A stretch of 64,000 bases of DNA from Octopus vulgaris (lineage: Eukaryota), in contig OX597814.1 in the NCBI GenBank assembly GCA_951406725.2, forward strand, positions 46,624,001-46,688,000. Direction: 5' to 3'. The position numbers and the translations under genes are program-made. Of the stretch, positions 1-12,300 are shown piece after piece (position 1 is the first letter of the stretch; each line of letters starts with the position of its first letter). The notes under the pieces were generated by a model. The model was not told the DNA's origin. It did no database searches and was given only the letters and a program-made list of their open reading frames with translations.

Positions 1-421
1 GCATGGCTTTAAACTCCATTCATGAAATTTAATTGTTACAAAGAATGGTACTTTTTAAGACTATTATTTTTATACAAAATAAGTTTAAAAGAGTTATTTA
101 TAAATGCCTACTTAATTTTAAAGATACTCATAGGCATGACACTGGTGTAATTATATTATATTTATAATAAAATTGTTATTGCTCTCCTTTAAGATAGACT
201 TTGTTTTTATTATTTTGATGGAAAATGAGAAAATACTAAGCATGTACTATTTGTGGTAGAATCAATTGCTTGACTGTGAAAAGAGTTAAATTGGTATAAA
301 TGGTAGAGTATCCAATTCTGTTGGCAGTATTTGATACCTTTTTATATTTATTATCATTGTTGCTGTTTTTTTAAGTTTGCTCTTTGCATATTTGCATGGT
401 TTGGACAAGACTTGTAGAGTA

Positions 422-560
422 AAGGCGCTTGGCCTAGTGGGTAGGGTGTTGCACTTACAATCGTGAGATAATGGTTTCAATCCCCAGATTGGTTGTGCAT
501 TGTGTTCTTGAGCAAAACACTTCATTTCATGTTGCTATAGTTCACTCAGCCATAAATGGA
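422..560 (+). mobile_element. tRNA-headed SINE, family A (degenerate)
   Basis: A box TGGCCTAGTGG, B-box-like GGTTTCAATCCC, then gtgttcttgagcaaaacact shared with 2921, 47396 and 61030. Confidence 0.7.
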
Positions 561-899
561 TAATCTTTTCATGGATTGGCTTACAAAGGTGAGATGGTAA
601 CTCTGAGAAAGTTACCTGAATAGAGATCATGCTAAACATGCTTTATTTTCAGCAATTGAAAAGATGAATAAGTACAACCTGAACTCAGCTAGTTGGGATT
701 GGTTATTCAATCATGTTGAAGATCGATCAATCAAGTCAAGGCAGAGGCAATATTCTCTGACCTAATGCTTTTCCTGATGTCAACCTTTGATTTTCAAATA
801 AAGAACTTTATTTCATGACTTCAATCACTTCACAAATGACTGTTAAACAAATTATTTAAATATGGAAATAATAGAAAATAAACAAATATAAGAAATTAT

Positions 900-905
900 T
901 TTATT
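900..905 (-). terminator. Candidate SEC13 polyadenylation signal AATAAA (a second one at 807-812)
   Basis: tttatt on the plus strand about 87 nt past the stop codon; the AT-rich context makes this weak. Confidence 0.35.
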
Positions 906-991
906 TAAACTGAAATCCAGACATTTGTAGCTTTTTTTTTTTTAATATATATACTCGTATATGTTGTAAAATGTTTATATAATGACACAGT

Positions 992-1081
992 TTAACTTGA
1001 TGATTTTAACTGGCCTTGACCTTTAGATACATCACTTATACAGACCCATTCACCTTCCAATGTCTCTTTCCAAAGTGTCAC
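992..1081 (-). CDS. SEC13: SEC13 exon 10, terminal ([29 protein letters not shown])
   Basis: cag acceptor; TAA stop at 992-994. Confidence 0.95.
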   Translation of the reverse strand: MTLWKETLEGEWVCISDVSKGQGQLKSSS

Positions 1082-3303
1082 CTGCAAAAATAAATATTAG
1101 TTATTAATAAAATTATCAAGCATTGGTAGATTCAAACATTCACTATAACTTTTCAATAATTTAGCTTTATTTGATAATTTTTTTTTCTCTCTTAGAGCGT
1201 GCCTTAACAGAACTTTAGTGTTCAGAAGTATAAATTTGAGGTCAATGTACTGGCAATCATTATAGCATATACAACTCTAAATATCATATTTCAGAAATAA
1301 AGCTGATTTAACTAACTGCTGTAGTAGTATATGACCGACTTATTTTATAAATTCCAGTAAAATGTTAATTGAAGTCACGCCAGTAAAATAATAATTAATG
1401 CAGGCTGATTATGATAATAGTATAATAGTTACTTTACTATCACTAAAATCACCTGGCACTAGAAGAAGATGGAACTCCAGAAATAATGTAAAAGAAGTGC
1501 CATGTTGCATGGCAGTGAGATACAGCAATCCCTCACCATATCACAGACTCAGTACATCGCCTATTTTGCTGGCTAATATATGTAAATTTATATCGGGACT
1601 TCTCAGTATATCGCAAGTTTCTGTGACCAATATCATTTATATGTTTTTAGATTTTGGAATGTAACACTCACAATAGTCAAGGGATTTCTGTATTAGATAA
1701 GAGTGTGGATTCTGTGTGGTAGTGGAACATGATTGTTGTTCACTACTTTCTTCAAATGTTCTTTCAATGAGTTGAATATGAGACACTCGATATTTGTCAT
1801 CAACTTGTATGACAGAGTGCAAGTGAGCTGTGACAGAAGTGAGGCACAAAAGCATCAGCCAGTGGACTGAGGTTGTCATTCAGATCCTTCCCTTTAATAT
1901 AATACTAAAGAGTAAACTTTTTTCATCTATCTGAGGTGACTGATTACCAAGGCACCCCACTACTCAGTGAAAAGTACTTGAGGTAGAGTAAGAAGTGGTG
2001 TAGGGCCTTATAGGTGAGAAAAGTGATAGTGTGTCCCATCTGTAACAGCATACAAAGCTTCTTTCAGGTTCTGTCTACCAATTCCACTCACTTCAGTTAA
2101 CTTGGAGATATAAGAGATGACACTTGCCCAAGGGGAATGAATGCAAAATCACCTAGTTGAGAAGTGAACACACAGTCATGCTTGCACTTATATAAGAATT
2201 TGATTATTTAGGCTATTACATAAAAAAATTTCTAATAAAGAGTTTTCAGTTGATTGATCAATGGAACTACCAAGGTAATTGAATTAATCATATAGTGGAA
2301 TCAAAACCTGGAGATTGAGAAGCAAACTTCATTACTAAACCACTGAACCATACTGTCAATACTTCAGAATAATTTTAAGACATCGTTACTTTATAATATG
2401 TAATCATTAGCTAACCTACAAAGTGCAATAACGAAATAGAACATCAACACTTACCTTGTTATCTCCACCTGATACAGCAAGAATATTGCCTGTCACAGAC
2501 CAACTTACATGCCAAACAACGTCATTGAATTGATATAGTATTTTGGGTGTCCATACGTTGGCAGTACCATCATTGGTCCATATTACCACAGAGCCATCCT
2601 GAGAAACAAAGCAAAAAAGAAAAAAGAACTTTAAAAAAATATTAAAGCAATGCAAAATTGAAGTATAACTACCATTGTTCATCATTATCATTGTTTTAAC
2701 ATCTACTTCCCCTTGCTTACATCAATCAGATGAGATGGAGGTTAGATTTTCTACAGCTGGATGCTCTTCCTGTTTCTAATCCTCATTTATTTCCAAGTAA
2801 CATAATATTTTCCTCTAGTCTTGACATGTTTTCATGGAAGATTGCATACAAACACTATGATGATGTTTGCAATTAGCATGCAATGTCAAAACAAACACAC
2901 ACACACACACATATATATATGGAGGCGGAATGGCCCAGTGGTTAGGGCAGCAGACTCACGGTAGTAGGATCGCGGTTTCGATTCCCAGACCGGGCGTTGT
3001 GAGTGTTTATTGAGCGAAAACACCTAAAGCTCCACGAAGCTCCAGCAGGGATGGTGGTAATCCCTGCTGTACTCTTTCACCACAACTTTCTCTCACTCTT
3101 ACTTCCTGTTTCTGTTGTACCTGTATTTCAAAGGGCCGGCCTTGTCACTCTCTGTGTCACGCTGTATATCCCCAAGAACTGCGTTACGGGTACACGTGTC
3201 TGGAGTGCTCAGCCACTTACATGTTAATTTCACAAGCAGGCTGTTCCGTTGATCGGATCAACCGGAACCCTCATCGTCGTAACCGACGGAGTGCTTCCAT
3301 CCC

Positions 3304-3335
<32 letters not shown>

Positions 3336-6300
3336 TACAGAAATAGAGTACACGACAAATAACACAAGGAAAATTCCCCTTCTTCAGTCGCCATGGTTTC
3401 ATCTACTCTGCGTTTCGAAGGTGAAGGTGATACGCATCTTCGATAGAAACTTTCCTTCCCGCAAAAAGCAAATTAAATAAAATATGCATACGGTGGGTTT
3501 CTTTTCAGTTTCTGTCTATCAAATACACTCATAAAACTTTGATCAGTCTAAAATTATATAATAAAAGACACTTGTCCAAAGTGCCATGCCATAGGATTAC
3601 TCAAAACAATATGGTTGGAAAGCAAATTCTTTAACCACTCAGCCTATAACTATATTTCAAAGAATTAGAAAATTATTATTAATATTTAAAATTTATTCCT
3701 TTGTTATGCTATTTTTAAATAAAAATATGCTAATTTTTTCAGTTATCCTAATAGACTAAATGAAACTAATTTAAAAGATAAACTTAAAATACTATTTTAA
3801 GAAACATAAGTGATACTTTTGAGATAACAGGAAATTATTTGACAATATCAACAGCATTTATAAGCTGCATTTTTCTCAATAAAAATCTTGAATTAAGTGA
3901 ATCTCTTTCATGTTAACAGTGACATAAATAGGACCATTATAGTATTCTACATAGGCCTAGCACTCATTCCAAGATAAAAAGAAAAAGTGACTGCATAGCT
4001 CTAAAGGTTTCATAAGGCTAAAGATTTATGTACCAGTTTATGGGTAAAAAACACTTTCTCTGAAAGCTTAGATGGCAGTCTATAAATAGGATTTAGTATT
4101 TATCTCTAACAGATAGGTAAATTTAAAAACATAGGATAAAGTGCCCTGTTCAAAAGCAAATATCTGAATAAATTTGAAATCAAGACTTAGGAGACACGGA
4201 TATGTCAATTTTGCCATTTCAGCTCTCCTTTCTATAATAAAATTATTTTAAAAAATTGGTAAGAATGGAATTAAATTTTTAAAAATCAATATAGAGAAAA
4301 TATACCTGTGAACAGCTGGCAATAATGCTTTTGGGGAGACCAATTGAAGGAGCCCAAGCAACATCTCTTACCCAATCATTATGACTTTCTAGTTTCTGTT
4401 CAGAAACCCATTGTCCATCTTCAGATTCCCTAAACAATGAAGAATAATATATAATTCATTCAAGAAAAAAAAAAACAGAAAAAAAAAACAAATGTGATGC
4501 AAAACTTTTAAATGAATGAACAAGAATTGAAAATTTGATCACTGCTAATAAAACAAACACTAATTTTGTATTTCATTTCTATTTATATGAAAGATATTAT
4601 TATTATTATAATTCTGTATCCACTTTTCCATTTGTGTATGGGTCAGACAGATGGAATTTGTTGAAGCAGATTCTTGTCACTAAACCTTATCTGTTTCCAG
4701 ATAAAGTAATATTTCACCATGGTCAGACATATTTTCCACAGACTGGGAACTACCATCACCTGTATGACAGATGCATATTTACAACCATCATGTGATGTCA
4801 GGACAACAAGCACACACACATATATCTATATATATAAATATGTAATGGTGTCTGTGTGTGTTTGGGGTTACTCTAGCTCCTTCCACACTGTTCAACCGAT
4901 TTTAATGATTTTTAGCATAGAGGTAGATCACATGACCTTAAGATCAAACAAGGCCGGAATTTTTTGAAAACTCGATAATGCTCAGTTGGCATTGATTTTC
5001 GTGAGCTCAATTGGGTGTTTGAATGGAAATGCCCATAATGATGTTATTTTTCTTCGAGCTCTTGCATTTTTTGTTCGATTTTAATGAAAATCAATGAGTG
5101 AGGCTCATGGCAGTGAGTTGATGTCAGTATATGGCGTTGACAAAAAATCGATAATTGCACCTGAGAAGTGGTTTTATAAAATCAATATGCATTTTGTGTG
5201 CAAATACGCATAGGCATTTTATTTTTGGCCGTAACTTTTATATTTTTTATCCAATTTTAATGAAATTTGAGAGGTAGGTAAATTTTGTAGTAAAGGTGCT
5301 TATTTAATTCAAAAGGACACAAATGCATAAAAGCATTTCCTTAGTGACATTCTTATCAATTTTCTAGAAATATTACACGTGATTAAAATTCATGTCCATT
5401 AGTTGATGCCAGCATGAAGAGTTGACAAAAAAAATTGATACTTGTGTGTGAGCAGGGAATTTTAAGAAATGAATAGGCTTTTTGTATGCAATTACCTATA
5501 GAATTAATATGTTAGGACGTAACTTTTACAGAGTTCATCTGATTTGATGAAATTTGAGATTTATGTAAACATTATGGTGGGAGTCATGTTAAAATTCACT
5601 CACAATAAAATAATGAACTGATTTTGAAGAAAATTGACCCATGAGTAAAATTAAGCACTTCAACATATAAAACATTGATTATTCATATAATGAATAGGGA
5701 TTTAAAAATGAATGGGATATTTTCATGTAAATGGTCACATGGATTCTATTTTATGACATAACCTTAACACTTTTTTTCGGATTTTGCTGAGATTGGACAT
5801 GCTGACCATTTTTGTACAGAGGGTGGCATTAACAGCAGAGAAATAAACAAACATCACACCCAATGGGTCGCAGTATACCCAAAAGTTTGACTGCGATTTC
5901 AGATATTCCAGTGTGTAGGAACATGTTGAAAGCGTTAACCAGGTAAAATCCCTGCTGAACCAGACATAACATCTTAATGGGTAAAAGTGAGCATGAATAA
6001 TGTAGACAATTTCGATCAAGGTAAAAGGTGGGCTTAACTTCAACACAGATAACATGAGCAACGCCGGGTCTAACAGCTAGTATATATACACAAATATATA
6101 CATATATTTAAAAAAATTTTTTATTTGATCTTTATCTAGTTTCAGCTCACAAGCTGTGGCCATGCTGGGGCACCGCCATTTGGTGTTGCTACGTGATTTT
6201 ACTTCACGAATGCTTTTTAGCAATTGCCGTTTGGTTCATGAGAGAGTGCATGTGTATATATATACATATATATATAATTACATATATATATATATATACA

Positions 6301-9300
6301 TATATGTGTGTGTACATATATATACATATGGTCATGTATATATATATCATCATCGTTTAACATGTTTTCTATGCTAGCATGGGTTGGACGGTTTGACTGG
6401 GGTCTGGGAAGCCAGGAGGCTGCACCAGGCTCCAGTCTGATCTGGCAGAGTTTCTACAGCCTGATGCCTTTCCTAACGCCGCCAACTGCTATGTGAGTGT
6501 AGTGGGTGCTTTTTATGTGCCATGATCGGTTGGTGCTTTTTACGTGCCACCAGCACGGAAGCCAGTCAAGGCAGCACTGGCATCGGCCACGTTCAGATGG
6601 TACTTTTTACATGCCACCGGCACAGGTATCACAACTACAACTTCCATTTGATGTTGATGTACTTGACTGAACAGGTCTCCTCAAGCACAGCAGGTCGCCC
6701 TACGATCCAAGGTAAGCACAGCAGGCCATCCTGCAATCCAAGGTACTTTTGATGTGCTGGGGCTGCTATGTGAAGCTGGTGCAGGAAATAGCCATGAACT
6801 CATGGTATTTGTCGGGTTTTCGCAGTCACAACATATATCCAGAGATCTCGGTCTTTCATCATTGCCTCTGTGAGGCCCAACATCCGAATGTCATGCTTCA
6901 CCACCTCATCCCATGTCTTCCTGAGTCTCCCTCTTCCACAGGTTCTTTCCACTGCTAGGGAGTGACACTTTTTCACACATCTATCCTCATCCATCCATAG
7001 TACATGACCATACCAGTGCAAACGTCTCTCTTGTATGCCACATCCGATGCTTCTTATGTCCAGCATTTCTCTCAGGGCGCTTACACTCTGACATGTGTGC
7101 ACACTGACATTACACATCCAGCGGATCATGCTAGCTTATTTCTTTCAAACCTACGCATGTCCTCTGCAGTCACAGCCCATGTTTCACTACCGTGAAGCAT
7201 GGCACTTTGCACACATGCATTGTACAATCTACCTTTCACTCTGAGCGAGAGATCCTTTGTCACCAGTCGGGGTAGAAGCTTTCTAAACTTTGCCCAGTCT
7301 ATTTCGTATTCTAGTGGTGACACTCTCTGAGCATCCACCCCCTCTACTAACTTGGTCACCCAGGTAGCGGAAACTATCAACTACTTCTAGTTTTTTTCCC
7401 TGGAGAGTGATGGAGTCTGTTTTCTGAGTATCTGTGGTGTCTATTGCCCCTGTGCATCTGCTGCACACAAAAGCTATCTTCTCAGTTAATTTTCTTTTGA
7501 TGTTGCTGCACCTCTTATGCGTCCATAGCTTACACTGGGTACATCTTATGGAGTTTCTACCTACACCTTTTCTACAGATCGAGCAGGACCACCTACCTGG
7601 GGATGTGTGTGATGAGTTCGCCTTCCTACTTACTATAACTTTGGTCTTTGCTACATTGACTCTAAGGCCTTTTGATTCTAAACCTAGCTTCCACACCCGA
7701 AATTTCTTTTCTAGTTCCGGTAGTGATTCTGCTATGAGGGCCAGGTCATCAGCATAGAGGAGCTCCCAGGGGCAACCCATCTTGAATTCCTCTGTTATTG
7801 TCTGGTGGACCATGATGAATAAAAGGAGACTGAGGGCTGCACCTTGGTGAACCCCTACTTCTACCCGGAATTCTTCACTATACTCGTTGCCAATCCTAAC
7901 CTTACTAACAGCCTCTCTGTATACGGCCTGTACAGCCCTTATTAACCATTCGTCAATCTCCAGTTTCCACATTGCCCACCAGATAAGGGATCAGGGAGCC
8001 CTGTCAAAGGCTTTCTCCAAGTGCACGAAAGCTAAGTAGAGGGGTTTATCTTTAGCTAGGTATTTCTCCTGCAGTTGTCAAACCAGGAATATGGCATCAG
8101 TGGTGCTTCTACCTGGCACAAAACCGAACTGCATCTCATCTAAGCAGACTCTCTTTCTCATGAGATGGGCTATGACCCTCTCTGTGACCTTCATCACCTG
8201 ATCCAGTAATTTGATACCCCTGTACTTATTTCTATCAAGAGTATCACTTTTACCCTTGTAGCAGTTTACTATGGTGCTGCTACGCCAGTCATTGGGTATG
8301 ATTCCATTATGAACTGCCTGGTTTACAATGCGGGTGACTAGGCCATAGCCCACACCATCAGATGTTTTAAGCATCTCAGCAGTGATTCCTGATGGGCTGG
8401 GGCTTTTCCTGGTTTCATACCCTTAATTGCTTTATCTACTAGGGACTTGTCTATTGGGATAGCTGGTCCCTCTACTGGGTCAACATTTGGCAGGCTCTCC
8501 TCCCATTCATTCTCCACATTCAGCAGTCTTTCATAATGGCTTCTCCAAGCCTTTCTTTCTTTTCAGAAACATTAAAAGCAAGTGCACCATCATCCATGCA
8601 GATGCATTTCTCTCCTGCTACATCACAATTTTCTCTCACACACTGTCTATGCACACACACACACACACACATACATACATATATATATATATATACACAC
8701 ACATATATACATAGATACACACACATATCTACTACATATGTGGAAAATCAGTGTGTGTTTGTTTGTGGCGTTGTTAGCCAACTCTTCCTACATCATTTTA
8801 TTGATTTTGATGAATCTTGACACGTGAGTAGAATTCATGTCTGGAAACCTCATGACATACTCAGATTGTTGAAAACATCGATAACACGGCCCCTGGAAGG
8901 GACCTTTATATCTACCTTAGATAACTTCTTTTTTTTTAAACACCCAAGGGAAATAACTTATACCAACTACACAATTTTTTAAACACTCAAGGGAAATAAC
9001 CCATTTCATTGTTTATGTTCGATTACTTTGAACCAACGATTAGCTGACCTAACTCTGCATTTCAATACTCAGTTTTGAACTACTAAACATTATTATTGCA
9101 CTTCCTTAATTTGAATCTCTTCATTCATACATTTCTACAAATACATACTTTTTTGAATGCCCATTACTCCGATAATTCTGCATTTTTACAGTTACACTTT
9201 CTCCATGACAGTAGATAAATGGGTTTTTTTCCCCCACAACGTATATGTAGTGACTTTATGCAGGTATAGCGTGGATTCGATCCTCTATCGTCAAATTTTA

Positions 9301-12300
9301 CTTCACACTTCAACAGCGCTTTTCTCACAGTAAAACAATAGTTTTTCTATGAATGACAGCAGTTATACATTTCCCAGATGCCTCCACTAAACAGAATAAT
9401 GTCTTTGCCACTTGACCCTTCTAACCTCCAACAAAATCATTTGTTCTCAACAATATGTCTATAGTTCTGGCTGCTTTTCGTTAGTTATAAATAACAACCC
9501 AGTAAAATCCATGGGTGGCAGTGGAGTTGCTGCTTTTGGCCTACCTCAACCAGATGTGTCACCTCAAACCCTTGACATTGAATATGTACAGGAGATCAAT
9601 TATGACATCGAAGAAATGGCAGCATTTATGGCTGATAATGAACCCAAATTGAACGAGGATCAAAAAACTGCCATCGAATCCATTATCTTATCCACTCATG
9701 CAACAAAATAAACAGGTAGCCCTTGTCATGGCATCAAGTGGAATAGCTGCAACTCTGTTAAACGGTGGATGCACAGCTCATTTGTGCTTCAAATTGCCTC
9801 TGGACTTTACAAAAAAAGAGCAACCTGCAATATCAGTCGTGGAACTACAAAAGCAAAAATTCTCACCGAGTGCAAACTGATCATTTGGGATGAAGCGACA
9901 ATGAGTCATAAGGGGGCTTTTGAGGCTCTTGACAGATTACTTCAAGATCTGAGGCACAGCTCAAGGCTAATGGGCAGCCTAACAGTACTCCTTGCAGGAG
10001 ACTTTCGACAAACACTCCCAATCATCCCAAAGGGAATGAGAGCAGATGAGGTAAATGCAAGCATCAAACCTTCATACCTTTGGAGCAAGGTTAGAAAGGT
10101 GAAACTCATAACAAACATGAGAGTGCAGTTAGGTGGTGATGTGCACATGGAGAACTTCTGCAGGCAATTAATGGATATTGGAAACAGTGTTGTAATTGTT
10201 AAGCAGGATGGGAAGATTAGTTTACCCTTTCGTAATTTGGTGTCAAATATACAGGAACTATTAGCAAGAGTTTTCCCCAATCTGAGCACACAATTTATAG
10301 ACCATTGTTGGCTGAGAAAATGTGCAATTTTGGTGCCCAAAAATGTTGCAGTAGATGGTATAAACAATCACCTTCTGGAGCAACTGCCTGACGATCATTG
10401 AACATAATCTAGGAAATAATATAAGAAACTAGCAGTATTGCCCGGCGTTGCTCAGATTTGTAAGGGAAATAACTATATAAGCATTTTTAGAGAGTTACTT
10501 CCCTTATATAACCGAGCAAAAATCATTAAAAATGCGGAGAAATGATGGTAAATTTTTTTTTAAATCGTAGACTCATCGTGGACGCGCGCTAATACCCAGA
10601 AGGGCTCGATATGAATCACGACTATAAGATACCCGCTTTTGGTCAAACTGCACCGCAAAATGTGGGAGTAGTTAGGAATCTAAATCGGAGTAGACAGACA
10701 ACCTTAGTTTTATATATAAAGATATAAGAAACTGAAATTTTCTCAGACTTACTTCCAGATTTTAACAAGATTATCGCAACCACCAGAAACAAATCGTTTG
10801 CAGGCCTGCTGCCGACCAGTCTGTTCTACCAGAGAACTTGGAGCAATAGCATTAGCCCAGGAGACAGCATTACAACCGCTCTGGAAAATATGTAATAAGC
10901 AAATTGAAATGTAAAATGAAAAATATTTAAATATTCAAGAGAGAGAAAATTATAACAAAAAAAACAAAAAAATATACACAAATTTAAAAGTAATTATTCT
11001 GAATCTGCTAATGTAACTGAACATAAAAGTGGTAGAAGTAATGAAGTCTGGGATGCAGGATGTATATATTAAACTAAGACAGAGACATATTATCCAATGT
11101 GTTTCTGCCTCGTCTACAACTGCTAACTCTCCTCCTCACTGATACTCCTACATCTCTCTATCTATCATTTTCCTGTCATTCTCACAATCTCTCTGCACAC
11201 TTTTATCTAGTCACTATACTACGCTGCCAGTGTGTCTAAAGATAGCAGTGGATTATTCCTATTCACTGTACCTATTTCTTTACTACCCACAAGGGGCTAA
11301 ACACAGAGAGGACAAACAAGGACAGACAAACGGGTTAAGTCGATTATATCAATCCCAGTACGTAACTGGTACTTATTTAATCGACCCTGAAAGGATGAAA
11401 GGCAAAGTCGACCTCGGCGGAATTCGAACTCAGAATGTAACGGCAGACGAACTACGGCTACGCATTTCACCCGGCGTGCTAACGTTTCTGCCAGCTCAAC
11501 GCCTTCTATTCACTGTACCATGCCACCTATATACCAAGAAATGGCGTTGGACCAACCCATATTAAATCCACTCTTTCACTATCCCTGTTACTCCACATCT
11601 ACTTGCACATCAAGAGGCCTCTGTGTGGGAGGTTGCATTGGATGTGTTTTTACTCCATAACCCTACCATCACTCTTTCTCTATGACTAGCTGTCATTCCT
11701 TCTTCCCCGAATCACTTGTAATTGGTATCCCTTGTTTTCATCCAGCACTATCTCTCTCCTACCACCCTCTCACCCCAATCACTTTGCTTCTATCATCATA
11801 CTCAACCTTGCTCACCCACTTACCTTCACATTAGTCTCATTACTGAGAGTTAACAAGCACATCATGCAGAAGTAAGAACTCTTTAAACTTTTGGGTTACC
11901 AAGAAACCCCACTAGCTTCAAGAGGATGACGTGTTGGGTTAGTGACATAATGAGTGGGCAAAGGAGGGTGAAGATCTATATGAAGCTAATTCACTTTCAT
12001 TTTGTTTGGCATTAGAACTGTTATGATTTTGTTCAGTTTACTGATTTGGAAATTTGACAATGTTGAAAATATTATCTGATGCAAACATTTGCTTGGAGTT
12101 AGAGTGTGCATATATTATTTAAGGTTGTTAGTGTGACCTGAAGTGTGGTGTGGTTGTTATAGTTAAAATACCCATCAATACACTAAACGCCCTTATTGCT
12201 ACAAACCTGCAACTTGTTTACTGTACTTTTAAATGGGGTCCAAACTGTACCAACAAGTCATTCATATAAATCTATCTTTTTCAGTTCTCACAACATTTTA

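Noticed and set aside
2921-2995. tRNA-like sequences here and at 422, 33420-33492, 38055-38127, 47396 and 61030
   Set aside because: No intact cloverleaf or acceptor stem, and each continues into a repeated SINE body.
3365-3480. GAAGA..CGAAAC motifs on the minus strand suggesting a hammerhead
   Set aside because: Core and stems too degenerate; at most a Penelope terminal-repeat relic.
9412-10401. PIF1 helicase as a nested host gene
   Set aside because: Frameshifted, Walker A missing, intronless and Helitron-type; a transposon remnant.
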